A DNA stretch of 36,593 nt. Origin: a virus. Lineage: Duplodnaviria; Caudoviricetes. Where the stretch lies: IMG/VR virus record IMGVR_UViG_3300048839_001022, positions 1-36,593 of that record. One strand, written 5' to 3'. Positions 1 to 9,108 of the stretch are shown here, piece after piece. A program made the position numbers and the translations under genes. Within the stretch, counting starts at the first letter, position 1; the number at the start of each line of letters is the position of its first letter. Under the pieces are notes generated by a model. It saw only the letters and a list, made by a program, of their open reading frames with translations, made no database searches and had not been told where the DNA came from.

Positions 1-74
1 TGCCGTTTGGCAACAATGAAAACCTTTGTTGGTTTTGCCCATGCCATAACTGCACTATTAAGGTTGGGTAACAT
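1..74 (-). CDS. 5' part of a probable head-closure/neck protein, truncated by the window edge (MLPNLNSAVMAWAKPTKVFIVAKR...)
   Basis: ATG at 74-72 overlaps the TGA of the upstream gene (TGATG coupling); open to position 1; function inferred from synteny only. Confidence 0.55.
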   Translation of the reverse strand, partial: MLPNLNSAVMAWAKPTKVFIVAKR

Positions 75-577
75 CAAACCACCTCATAGTTGATTGATCG
101 CAAGAGCTGCCCTGTATCCCACAAAATGGAAAACTTTTCTTTGTTTGAGTTGTTTTTTGCTCGGCCTGTTTTGCTCCGCTGTGCAATCCTTCGGGGAGAT
201 AGAGCATCCCACCCTGGCCCTTGAGCAACAAAAGTTTGCTGGACATACCCAACCCATTTCATCCCTATTTCATTCAAAACAACATCACCCTCACCATTGG
301 CAATTTTTTCAAGGATGATATTCTTTGCCGCTTCATAGTCCTTTTTAAAATCATCCTTGCGATTGATAAATGTTTTTCTTAGAAATGACCGTTCGGGTAT
401 ATTTTGTACTTCAGATCCAAATTCATGAACCATCGCTAATGCGAGAGCACCGATACCTTTTTCTTTACGCTGTTCAGCTGATGCGAGAACGCCAATTTTG
501 ACAGAATGATTTGCATCGATAAACTTTTGAATGTTATCGATCTGCTTCCTGTCAAATTTGATTGCACTCTTTACCAC
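74..577 (-). CDS. phage virion morphogenesis/neck protein (Mu gpG / HK97 gp10-like)
   Basis: VKIGV...AMVHEFG...IPERSFLR and LWDTGQLLRSI motifs; position after the head-tail adaptor. Confidence 0.75.
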   Translation of the reverse strand: MVKSAIKFDRKQIDNIQKFIDANHSVKIGVLASAEQRKEKGIGALALAMVHEFGSEVQNIPERSFLRKTFINRKDDFKKDYEAAKNIILEKIANGEGDVVLNEIGMKWVGYVQQTFVAQGPGWDALSPRRIAQRSKTGRAKNNSNKEKFSILWDTGQLLRSINYEVV

Positions 578-1047
578 GGTGTAGTTGCACCCTCATACAC
601 TTGCACGTTGCCAATCAACAATGGTTTCAGAAGAGAAATGTATTTAATGCCATACCTTGTTGTTGCGAAGGCACCTAATACAGGATCTTCTGATACCCAT
701 GCTGGTATTGTGTATGACTCACTCACACCTCCAATCGATCGGGAACTTACTGGAAAAGATGAACCAGCTCCCAAAGGTTGTTTTGATGTGGTGAGATCGT
801 ACACTAAATAATGAGCCGTTAAATACAAAAACATCATTTTCAATTGATCATCATCGGAGTAGAGCGATTCATTGAAATTGATTTTAGCCTCTAAAAAAGC
901 CCTGTTGATATCGTCGTCAGTGATCATCTCTTTTTGTATGTCACACGGGAATGAAGAGGTTGTAGCCCCTATTGCGATAGCATACGTAAAATCTCTTTTG
1001 AAAAGAGTTTTAAAATCATCGACGACGATATCAGAGACAGTGATCAT
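571..1047 (-). CDS. head-tail adaptor (DUF4054-like)
   Basis: YLTAHYL...VSSRSIGGVSESY...TTRYG pattern; position downstream of the capsid gene. Confidence 0.75.
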   Translation of the reverse strand: MITVSDIVVDDFKTLFKRDFTYAIAIGATTSSFPCDIQKEMITDDDINRAFLEAKINFNESLYSDDDQLKMMFLYLTAHYLVYDLTTSKQPLGAGSSFPVSSRSIGGVSESYTIPAWVSEDPVLGAFATTRYGIKYISLLKPLLIGNVQVYEGATTPW

Positions 1048-1253
1048 TTAATCTCCATCATGAATTCAGGAAAGGATTTAAATAACCATTCCGCTACTTC
1101 TTTTGAGACAATAACGGCTTTTTTAAACTCCACTAATGTCCCATCTGGACACCCAACTGCTCCCGGACGTGTAGAGAACACTCGGACATCCGAGCATTCT
1201 TGTTCTACCACGTTCATCTTTTTAGCGTTTTTATTTTCAACATTTTTTTGCAT
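1044..1253 (-). CDS. small hypothetical virion-associated protein
   Basis: 69-aa ORF between capsid and adaptor, ATGA-coupled to the next gene. Confidence 0.6.
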   Translation of the reverse strand: MQKNVENKNAKKMNVVEQECSDVRVFSTRPGAVGCPDGTLVEFKKAVIVSKEVAEWLFKSFPEFMMEIK

Positions 1254-1263
1254 CGTTCAGCTC

Positions 1264-2244
1264 TTAGGTTGCAGTGTTACCAAAATACAGCATTTCAGCA
1301 GGACGTTGTGCTAGAACACCTGTGAATGATCCATAACCAACGTTTTCCCAGTTGAAGCCGTTGAAAGTTCCGGCCTGTGTCATGGTGTAGTCGATTGGGA
1401 GATCCATTTTGACGCTAGCCTCATCGTAGTTTGTGAGGACGTAACGGTTGTTGGTTGCATCAAAGTTTGCCTTGTCGCAGTAGGCGCAAGGAAGAATTTT
1501 GAAATTTGCATTGGCTGTGATGGTTTTGAAAGCTTCTGTCAACAACTCCAACTTTGTTTTGAGCGGATAATCAGCGTTAGGGAAGTTGACCAGGCCGTTC
1601 CAATCAGCTTCAGGGATAATGAAAAGTGAGGGCTTGGCTGTGCGTGAGCAGTTTGCACGATATGCTTCATAAATTGCACCGGCAAAAGTGTTGAACTCTG
1701 CACTCGTCATTGTTGGAATGCGCTTGGTGATAACCGTTGTATTCACAGTCACGCCGGCTTGGTTAAGCAGTCCTTTGTCGGAGCCGTAACCCAAGAAGGC
1801 AACTTCCTGTAAACCAAGGTCCCACTCCTTACGGCGTGCAATTTCTCTCGCTTCAATCAGGGAGAAGATCGTACCAGCTTGCATCGCTTCTTCAAGCTCA
1901 AAAATGTTTAGGATAACACCTTTGGCCCAGTTGTAGATCGGCTGGGTTAATTGATCGTATGCAGCGTCTACATAGTTCATTTGAGAGTTGTTTGAAGAGT
2001 TGCTGATAACGCCAGTTTTGAAACCTTCGCCCTTGACGAAAGTACGCCAGTTGATGATCGATCTTTGAAACGCACCGTTGCCGACAACAACTGGAACATA
2101 CTCTGCAAAGTCGATTTCATAGAATTTTTGCTCTGAAACCTTCTTGCCAACAGCTGTCAGTGTAGTAATCAGCTGTGAATAACCAAGAGAGTTTTTGTTA
2201 ATCTCGTTCTTGTTTACGTCAAAAAATCTAAATGGATTTTTCAT
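1264..2244 (-). CDS. major capsid protein (DUF2184 / HK97-fold family)
   Basis: 326 aa; ELEEA...VAFLG...GLLN pattern; SD GAAAAGGA; synteny after protease and decoration genes. Confidence 0.85.
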   Translation of the reverse strand: MKNPFRFFDVNKNEINKNSLGYSQLITTLTAVGKKVSEQKFYEIDFAEYVPVVVGNGAFQRSIINWRTFVKGEGFKTGVISNSSNNSQMNYVDAAYDQLTQPIYNWAKGVILNIFELEEAMQAGTIFSLIEAREIARRKEWDLGLQEVAFLGYGSDKGLLNQAGVTVNTTVITKRIPTMTSAEFNTFAGAIYEAYRANCSRTAKPSLFIIPEADWNGLVNFPNADYPLKTKLELLTEAFKTITANANFKILPCAYCDKANFDATNNRYVLTNYDEASVKMDLPIDYTMTQAGTFNGFNWENVGYGSFTGVLAQRPAEMLYFGNTAT

Positions 2245-2304
2245 GTATCAATTCCTTTTCGTTTACATGGGCCACTAAGGCCCACAATTATTAATCAAGA
2301 AAAA

Positions 2305-2844
2305 TTAGGCTCCAGTGGGACCAGTAGGACCTGTTGGGCCAGTAGCGCCCGTTGCACCCGTTGCACCCGTAGCGCCCGTAGCGCCCGTTGCACCGCTTAT
2401 TGCAGCCCTGAAAACCATCGCCCTGAACAGAGAAGCGTTACCAGCTGCATTTTCCATAGCGATACCAACCACTGTGTTGCTGTCGGCATGTGTTGCAACC
2501 TTCTTGGTATCATGCGCATACTGCAAATTAGCACCAGCAGTGATTGCACCGCTTGCTTCAAGGATTACTAAAGATCCCATGAGAGCGATTTCAAGCTTTT
2601 CGCCAACTGCATATGATTCTTTGAGAGGGTTTGTTAGAACCACACCAAAGTAAGCATCAGTGAGGTTTGCTCCAGCAGTCACTTTTGTGACTTGACCTGT
2701 TGCTGTTGATCCAATCAACACGAATTCACCGGGGGTAATTGTGTCTGTACCTGTTGCAGAGTAAAACTCTACTGTCATTGATTTGCCCGAAATTAAGGTC
2801 CCCTTGAGAGTGGACATCCCGAACTGATTCTGATTTAAAGCCAT
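2305..2844 (-). CDS. head decoration/cement protein with C-terminal (Gly-X-Thr)8 collagen-like tail
   Basis: Position between protease and capsid; ASGAITAGA...VGIAMENA motif of small capsid-decoration proteins; ends GATx5-GPTx3; ATG 2844 follows SD AGGAG. Confidence 0.7.
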   Translation of the reverse strand: MALNQNQFGMSTLKGTLISGKSMTVEFYSATGTDTITPGEFVLIGSTATGQVTKVTAGANLTDAYFGVVLTNPLKESYAVGEKLEIALMGSLVILEASGAITAGANLQYAHDTKKVATHADSNTVVGIAMENAAGNASLFRAMVFRAAISGATGATGATGATGATGATGPTGPTGPTGA

Positions 2845-2902
2845 TTTAATCACTCCTAATATTTTTATTGCTTATCGCTAACTTTTGTCGCTTGCTAACT
2901 AA

Positions 2903-3922
2903 TTAAGCTCTACGTCCGTAACGCTTTTTGCCCAGCTCCACTTTTTCACGAGTAGACATAAAATCAGTCTCAATACTGTATGTCACACCGTTTTCGTGCA
3001 GCTCTTTTACCATTTTAAAGTTTTTATCTGTCTCTTCATCTTCAAGAGAGTTTTCTTTTTTCTCTTCTTTTTTATCTTCACAGTCTGTTTCGTTTTTCTT
3101 TTTTGATGCACGATACATCTCTTTTAGAGAAGACATTTTGATCTCTTCACCATCGATATCGACAGTAGAGCTGTCTTCATTTTCCTTTTTATCTTCTTCT
3201 TCTTTTTTGTCTTCTTCATTTTTCTTGTTGAGTTTCAGCTCCTCAACTTGTGAAACGAGGCTTTTGTTTTGGGCGAGTATGTCTTTGATCGACAGCTCTT
3301 TGCCTTCAACTTCAATTACGAAGTCTTCGCCTTCATTCGTTTTCAGCTCTTCTTTTTGTGTAAGCTTTTTAAATATTCTCCCAATCATGCCTTGGTCCCT
3401 CTTCTCGATGTTTTTATTAGTTACTATTGTAGCTGGTTCTTCGCTATTTTGCAAAGTTTGCGAATTTAGGAAAATGGGGTTATTGGCCATTTCATACCGA
3501 GGGTTTTTGACAATTGCCAAATGCTCGTATCTTCCCTCTACCAATTCTCGGTCGTATGGGACATTGTTCAGCGTTCCACCTTCGAGGTATTTATCGCCAA
3601 ACCATGCTGTGCTGACACCCCAACCGTTTTGTAAAAGGTTCACTCCCTCTTGATCGTCAAGCACAAATTCTGCAATCCAAAGATCGGAATACTCGTCGTA
3701 TTCCATTGTGCTGACACGTCCCACGATTTTAACACGGTCAATCGTCTCATCTGTGAGCAGCTCTTGAGGATGATCGATAACAACCGGGATGCCCATTGCT
3801 GATTGTGACATTTGCCACAATGCCTCTTGCGAAACCAAGATTGTTTCGTTTGGATAGGCGCAAAGTCCCTTACGCATACATGCCATTCGGATTACTTTGC
3901 CTGTCACCAATTTTTCACTCAT
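2903..3922 (-). CDS. prohead protease/scaffold fusion (DUF2213-like)
   Basis: GIPVVIDHP, GVSTAW, YEHLAIVKNPRY; acidic/Lys-rich coiled C-terminus; likely start ATG 3922. Confidence 0.8.
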   Translation of the reverse strand: MSEKLVTGKVIRMACMRKGLCAYPNETILVSQEALWQMSQSAMGIPVVIDHPQELLTDETIDRVKIVGRVSTMEYDEYSDLWIAEFVLDDQEGVNLLQNGWGVSTAWFGDKYLEGGTLNNVPYDRELVEGRYEHLAIVKNPRYEMANNPIFLNSQTLQNSEEPATIVTNKNIEKRDQGMIGRIFKKLTQKEELKTNEGEDFVIEVEGKELSIKDILAQNKSLVSQVEELKLNKKNEEDKKEEEDKKENEDSSTVDIDGEEIKMSSLKEMYRASKKKNETDCEDKKEEKKENSLEDEETDKNFKMVKELHENGVTYSIETDFMSTREKVELGKKRYGRRA

Positions 3923-3923
3923 A

Positions 3924-4670
3924 TCAAAACCCTTCAAAATTTATGGTGCTGCATGTTGTGTGGATCGGGAGATACTTTGCCCATTTCAGTCTGATGTATG
4001 TCTCACTTTGATAATAACACGGTGGTAAAGTTTTTAAAGATGAATTATGAGAGCATGGTGCATCTATAACATAAGATTTTTTCCCGAGCTGTTTCGCTTG
4101 CAAGCAAAGATCAGTCCCAAAGAGGTGATGGTGCGGTATTTTTTCATCGAATGTTATTGCAGGATAGAGGGTTTTATTGAAAACGATGAGCAATTCGTCA
4201 AGAGTTTGAACAGCTGTCGGTTTGAAATCCTTGGTAATGAGCGGATAACCCCGATCTATGACATTAGCTGATAAGGTCCCCATTTTGGTCTTGCCAGCCA
4301 CTCCTAACACCGCCCAAGGGCAATCAGAGAGCAGATGAAGCGCCCGATCCAAGGACGGGAAAAAATCATCATGCAGCACAACATCCTGATGAACAAAAAT
4401 TACAATATCATTTTGACATGTTTTTAAAGATTTATTATATGCTTTCTTAACATTATTATTACAATCTTGGCTTTTAATAACTTGCAGGTCATGAAGCATG
4501 ATATCTTTCGAATGCAGCAAGTTATCGTAAAGCACTTGAGAATTATTTGAGCAGCAAACTATCGAATAGATTTTAAGTCCCTCCCATGAGATAAAACCTT
4601 CGGCCCAGCCTAATGCCGGAAAACCGTTAGGCTCAGTGGATCGAGCCCACGGGCCATCAAATAATCTCAA
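3924..4670 (-). CDS. GT-A fold glycosyltransferase (Glyco_tranf_2_5-like); true start uncertain (TTG 4670 or ATC 4571)
   Basis: YSIVCCSNN, KAYN, IFVHQDV, LGVAG, VQTLDELL, HLFGTDLCLQA motifs. Confidence 0.8.
   Translation of the reverse strand: MRLFDGPWARSTEPNGFPALGWAEGFISWEGLKIYSIVCCSNNSQVLYDNLLHSKDIMLHDLQVIKSQDCNNNVKKAYNKSLKTCQNDIVIFVHQDVVLHDDFFPSLDRALHLLSDCPWAVLGVAGKTKMGTLSANVIDRGYPLITKDFKPTAVQTLDELLIVFNKTLYPAITFDEKIPHHHLFGTDLCLQAKQLGKKSYVIDAPCSHNSSLKTLPPCYYQSETYIRLKWAKYLPIHTTCSTINFEGF
4602..4655. other. GC-rich three-way-junction element
   Basis: GGCCC/GGGCC outer stem, AGCCTAA-CGG/CCG-TTAGGCT arm and GTGG/CCAC arm, all seen directly. Confidence 0.5.
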
Positions 4671-5005
4671 ACTTCATCTTTGCAAAGCATTGAATACCTG
4701 AGAGCCTTACTTGATCGGCCTCTTTTACATGACCAAGTATCTGTGCCTGTTTTGTTACAAAAATGGCGAGACTCTCCCGGAAATTCCATGATCAGGTAGG
4801 TATCACTTTTGAAATAATACATCCCGATATTGTCCGAAGGTGTGTTATTAGGCCCAAAATAGTAGACCTGCCCTTCAGCTCCCGGTGCCCCAAAGTCCCC
4901 ATAAAATTTCGATTCTGCATCAAGTGCATTATTAGAACAGTAAAAGGTTGCTTCTGCGACAGCTGCATTCAGTAACAATAAACCTGCGATTAAAAACTTA
5001 CTCAT
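4667..5005 (-). CDS. small secreted hypothetical protein
   Basis: Sec-type signal peptide MSKFLIAGLLLLNAAVAEA; four Cys; SD AAGGAG. Confidence 0.7.
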   Translation of the reverse strand: MSKFLIAGLLLLNAAVAEATFYCSNNALDAESKFYGDFGAPGAEGQVYYFGPNNTPSDNIGMYYFKSDTYLIMEFPGESRHFCNKTGTDTWSCKRGRSSKALRYSMLCKDEV

Positions 5006-5009
5006 GATC

Positions 5010-5462
5010 TTACTCCTTTATTGCTTTCAAAAAGGCAATAACCCAACAAATTTTGTCATGCGTCATTGCCGAAGTACAAATATTGACAATACCAAACTTT
5101 GGCTTGATATCGTAAAGCTGGCGATACCTGTCATCTGTGTAATACAAAAAACTGTTCTCATTCCAAAAGCTATAATGTGTAGGGTCCTGAAAAGCCCCCC
5201 GACCATCTGTTGACGGTGTTTGAGAAATGAAAATACCATTTGGTTTTAATATCCGCCAAATCTCCGACATGATGTGGATGCGCTTATCGTTATTGATATG
5301 CTCTAAAAAATCAAAAGCGACAATCTCATCAGCGCAATTATCTTGCAGAGGTATTGTTTGATTGCAATCGCACACAAGGTCAACACCATCCAGCTGTTGA
5401 CAATCGATTCCAAAATAGTCTGGCCTTTTCCTTCTCCCACAACCTAAATCAATCTTCATCAT
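5010..5462 (-). CDS. class I SAM-dependent methyltransferase (type 11-like)
   Basis: IDLGCG motif I, DFLEHI, EIWRILKPNG, AFQDPTH. Confidence 0.85.
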   Translation of the reverse strand: MMKIDLGCGRRKRPDYFGIDCQQLDGVDLVCDCNQTIPLQDNCADEIVAFDFLEHINNDKRIHIMSEIWRILKPNGIFISQTPSTDGRGAFQDPTHYSFWNENSFLYYTDDRYRQLYDIKPKFGIVNICTSAMTHDKICWVIAFLKAIKE

Positions 5463-6000
5463 CAAATTCCTCTTTTCTTATTCCGTAAAATCTCAAATCA
5501 GCCCCAAATGTTTCAATCTTATATTCGCTGAAATAGTTGTCCCAATTCAGGACAGCCAAAAGATCACTTTCTGTTATGTTTTTGTAATGATCGTTTGTAT
5601 GCGGACTATGTCCAGCCCAATGAGCTGTGGTCCCATGTTCAGGAGTGCCTGTCGATGCACAGCTGAAGGCGAACAACCCTTTTGGTTTCAAAAGATTGAA
5701 CACGATATTTTCGATTGATTGATTGAACCTGCTATCATGCTCAAAAGCGTTGGAGCTAATGATCGTGTCAAATTGAGGATCTTCGCCATACAACTCAGGA
5801 TGAAAATCGGCCACATGTTGCACAATATCAACATTGTTACCCGGCCCCATGTCTAACCCGATATATGCGCAATTCTCAAACAGATATTTGTTAGTGCCGT
5901 TGACATCGAGAGATCCAACGTCCAAAACGAATTTCTCTTTGAAATGCTCTGAGTATTTTCTTTTGACCATTTCCATGAAATCTTTTGAAGCCTGATGCAT
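5449..6000 (-). CDS. class I SAM-dependent methyltransferase
   Basis: VLDVGSLDVNG, YIGLD, FDTIIS..AFEHD, LKPKG; ATG 6000 follows SD GAAAGGA. Confidence 0.85.
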   Translation of the reverse strand: MHQASKDFMEMVKRKYSEHFKEKFVLDVGSLDVNGTNKYLFENCAYIGLDMGPGNNVDIVQHVADFHPELYGEDPQFDTIISSNAFEHDSRFNQSIENIVFNLLKPKGLFAFSCASTGTPEHGTTAHWAGHSPHTNDHYKNITESDLLAVLNWDNYFSEYKIETFGADLRFYGIRKEEFDDED

Positions 6001-6011
6001 TTTGATCCTTT

Positions 6012-7016
6012 CTACCATCCTACAATTGGCTGTGCTATACATCTACAATTGAAATCTTCGCCGGGGTGTGCCCTACGTCCTGATTTCTCATCTACAATGG
6101 GTGGATGATCCCAATCAATAATTTCTCCATCCAGCTCATTATGTCTTTCTCTAACTTTGTGATCTCCTACCGTAACCCATTTGTATTGATTGATGCCATA
6201 CTGTTGATATTGAGATTTTTTAAACTTGGTTGTCAATAGTGCCGTTTCTTGCCTTGCGATAAACTTGGCCCTCGTTTTTGAGATGTTGAGTTCAGCCATG
6301 ATTGTTTTTTTGACCGTATCTCTTGACCTGCCGTCTAAAATGAGAGTTTGAAGTTTGCTCCTCAATTTTTCTACAATATCCTGTTCAAAATTTTCAATTG
6401 CCTTGGTCGCTCCCTCTTCAAACTCCCTCAAGAGCTTTTTCCGAATAGGAAGGTCAATTGTGGTTAGGTAGTCCTTGGAGATCTTCTCCAACCCAATTTC
6501 ATCAAGTTGAGGCTGAACAGCAACATTTTTTCGAATAGTGCGCTTAAACTCCTTGCTGACACGATCCATGGTTGACACACCCATACTTTGGATTGTCATG
6601 TTTTTGACTAATACAGATGTTTTGCCGACCATGTTATCAAGTTGTTTAGTGATACGCTGTTGCAACAGTTCCGACTTAGCCTTGTTGATTGCAATGGCTC
6701 TTTTCAATTTCAAAGGTAGTTTTGTCGGGTGAACAATCCATGCTCCGTCAATGAATTTTCCACCGAGGTCTTTAAGCTCCCTTGAAATCTTAGCTGAAAA
6801 GTCCCCGGTGAATTGATTGCCGTTGTATTCAATCAATCCTTTTTTCAAAGCCTCTTCTAATACTGTATCTTTTTCGTTTACCATCAATTCAATGTCATCA
6901 ATTTCCTGCATCAATGGTTTGAATACCGAAAGAAATATTGTCTTGTAAATCTCTCGATACAATGCAATATGCCACTTGTCCTGATAGATGATTGGCCTTA
7001 ATGTTTTTGTCTTCAT
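6012..7016 (-). CDS. minor head protein (SPP1 gp7 / Mu gpF family)
   Basis: RAKFIARQET, YKWVTVGDHKVRERH, HPGEDFNCRC. Confidence 0.9.
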   Translation of the reverse strand: MKTKTLRPIIYQDKWHIALYREIYKTIFLSVFKPLMQEIDDIELMVNEKDTVLEEALKKGLIEYNGNQFTGDFSAKISRELKDLGGKFIDGAWIVHPTKLPLKLKRAIAINKAKSELLQQRITKQLDNMVGKTSVLVKNMTIQSMGVSTMDRVSKEFKRTIRKNVAVQPQLDEIGLEKISKDYLTTIDLPIRKKLLREFEEGATKAIENFEQDIVEKLRSKLQTLILDGRSRDTVKKTIMAELNISKTRAKFIARQETALLTTKFKKSQYQQYGINQYKWVTVGDHKVRERHNELDGEIIDWDHPPIVDEKSGRRAHPGEDFNCRCIAQPIVGW

Positions 7017-8359
7017 AATTCACTAGTACCTGCAACGCTAGTTTCATTTGCTGATTCTAACTTATCGACACCCATTTTCTTCAATTCATCTAAAGATATC
7101 GCCTCATTTTCATCTAGTTCGCTGCAAAATATCTTTTCGCCATTTATCAACTCGACTGCTTTTTCGCTTGTGCAAAGTCCGCTGTTTACTGCTGTTGTTA
7201 TGCGATTTAAAGCGTTCGTTTTCATCGCAGATTCTTGTTCCGCATTGACAATTCTGAGAGGTTTAAACTCAAATGCGAGGTTTTCAGGTATATACCCAAG
7301 AGTTTTTTGACTACAGATCGAAATCACTTTCAATAAACCTAATTTGACCTTTGATCTGATTTCAGATTCAATCATCCCATTATAATTTTCGATATCATCA
7401 AGCCCTGAATTAAAGCCAGACGCTGATAAACCGAAAAGCTTTGTCATAGGCATTCTAAGATCACAAGCCAGGCCAATTCTGATCTGACTTAATATTTCTG
7501 AAACACCCGCAAATCCCAAAGTCTTTTGCTCGTAGTCATCTTCTTTATCAACCACTAAAGCATTTTGATAATTTTTTATTTTTGAAGCTGCACTAATCCT
7601 TGTCGCTGTTTTTTGCGCCCCGTCCCGAGTAGCGATTGCAGAATTGAAACCAGATATTTTGAACACGTCAACTTTTGACTCGTCTAAGATTTCATAAGTG
7701 ACGTTTTGGTGTTTCAAATATTGATTGTACGATCTCATAATCTTTTCGACTTCAGAGACTCCCCACCCTGCAAATTGACCCCTGATAAGGGAAGGCGCTT
7801 CCTTGTTTTTAATCTTAATTACATTTTCTTTATGCAAAGGTTGACCGTAATAGTTATATGGGCAATCCAAAGTGTCATCAAGCTTGAATTGATCGACCAT
7901 GGACATTCCGCTAGGTGAATACGAGAGTTCCCAGCGATCCACAGCATAAAACTCAAGAGGTGTTCTTTCTTTGATTGAATTGATATTAAGGGGCTTAGTC
8001 ATATCTTGCCCAGCGTTTACGATGATACCAGCCCCGCCATACAGTCTTGACCACTTGAGGGCCTGTGCGTATGTTTCAATGATTTGATTCATTGCAATGA
8101 AAGCGTCAAGTTTTTTCAAATCATCTGCTGACAATTCCGGGGAGCTTATTGTAATTCCTCCCCTGAAAGCATCGTCAATCGGTTGATCTATTAAAACCTG
8201 AATTATTCCGTGCTCCAGATAGGTTTGCGACAATAGCGCCCTATTCAGCGTTATTGCGTAAAACCTATTGTTATAAGCCAATGACTCTGTAGAACTCGAA
8301 TTCGCAGTAAGCCCATTCATAAAGTCCATCATCGAATTTTCGTGTAAACTGTTTTCCAT
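7013..8359 (-). CDS. portal protein (DUF1073 family)
   Basis: WSRLYGGA, WGVSE, PMTKLFGLSASGFNSGLDDIENY; position after TerL. Confidence 0.88.
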   Translation of the reverse strand: MENSLHENSMMDFMNGLTANSSSTESLAYNNRFYAITLNRALLSQTYLEHGIIQVLIDQPIDDAFRGGITISSPELSADDLKKLDAFIAMNQIIETYAQALKWSRLYGGAGIIVNAGQDMTKPLNINSIKERTPLEFYAVDRWELSYSPSGMSMVDQFKLDDTLDCPYNYYGQPLHKENVIKIKNKEAPSLIRGQFAGWGVSEVEKIMRSYNQYLKHQNVTYEILDESKVDVFKISGFNSAIATRDGAQKTATRISAASKIKNYQNALVVDKEDDYEQKTLGFAGVSEILSQIRIGLACDLRMPMTKLFGLSASGFNSGLDDIENYNGMIESEIRSKVKLGLLKVISICSQKTLGYIPENLAFEFKPLRIVNAEQESAMKTNALNRITTAVNSGLCTSEKAVELINGEKIFCSELDENEAISLDELKKMGVDKLESANETSVAGTSEL

Positions 8360-8403
8360 AATTACATCACCCCTATTTTATATTTATATGTTTCACAACT
8401 ATT

Positions 8404-9096
8404 TTATGTATCCATTTTTGTATTATTGTATTTTATGGTGCAATAACGGGAACAGCATTGTTTTAATTGATATTTGTTTACTTCAAATTCTTTGCTACAA
8501 AATTTGCATGATTTAACAATATTATCTACTCCTGACGCTCTTCTATTCCTGCTTACGCATACTTTTGAGCAAAATTGATTACAATGGTCGTGCCGTGTTG
8601 TTTTAAATTCTTTGCCGCAAAACGCACATTTTTTAGTGATCGGCACGAAATTTATATACGATAATTTTGCTATCTTTTTATGAAACCCCTGCCCTTTTGG
8701 TGAATCTCTGAACTCTCTTGAAATTCTTGTATTACTAGCAATGCCCTCTTTAGTAGAATGCCATGAAGATGCTAATGGTCTGACATTTTCAAGATGTTTT
8801 ATTTGCTTTGTTAACCTATCATCATCCCATTTATGTTTTCTCATATGGTCTTTATGCGTAAGCATCTCAAGGTTTTCAATTTTATTATTTGCTGGATCAC
8901 CATCAATGTGATGTATGTGCATCCCACTTGGAATTCCCCCGTTATAAAACTCCCATATTTCCCTGTGCATCCAAATAACTCTTCTTTTTAAATTTTCTTG
9001 CTCCCTTCTGTAAAAATAGGATTTCCGTTTTTTACCCTCTGTATTCGTACAGCGTATATATTTTTTCCCATTCCATTCTATTACTTCTTGCGCCAT
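8404..9096 (-). CDS. free-standing HNH homing endonuclease with C-terminal Zn-ribbon repeats
   Basis: MHREIW...HIHHIDGDPANNKIENL; two CxxC...CSxxC units; inserted between terL and portal. Confidence 0.88.
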   Translation of the reverse strand: MAQEVIEWNGKKYIRCTNTEGKKRKSYFYRREQENLKRRVIWMHREIWEFYNGGIPSGMHIHHIDGDPANNKIENLEMLTHKDHMRKHKWDDDRLTKQIKHLENVRPLASSWHSTKEGIASNTRISREFRDSPKGQGFHKKIAKLSYINFVPITKKCAFCGKEFKTTRHDHCNQFCSKVCVSRNRRASGVDNIVKSCKFCSKEFEVNKYQLKQCCSRYCTIKYNNTKMDT

Positions 9097-9108
9097 CGGT
9101 TACACCTT

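Noticed and set aside
2928-3653. 241-aa Ser/Phe-rich plus-strand ORF
   Set aside because: Antisense shadow of the Glu/Lys-rich scaffold region
4590-4665. Hammerhead/HDV-like ribozyme or true tRNA in the three-way junction
   Set aside because: CTGA and GAA are present but not in the CUGANGA/GAAA arrangement; no D arm or 7-bp acceptor stem
5010-6000. The two methyltransferases as DNA methylases
   Set aside because: No DPPY/NPPY or PCQ catalytic motifs; short small-molecule/sugar-type class I enzymes
7013-8359. Anti-CBASS Acb1 label sometimes attached to DUF1073 proteins
   Set aside because: Size, motifs and synteny indicate a portal; no paired HxT/S 2H-phosphoesterase domain seen
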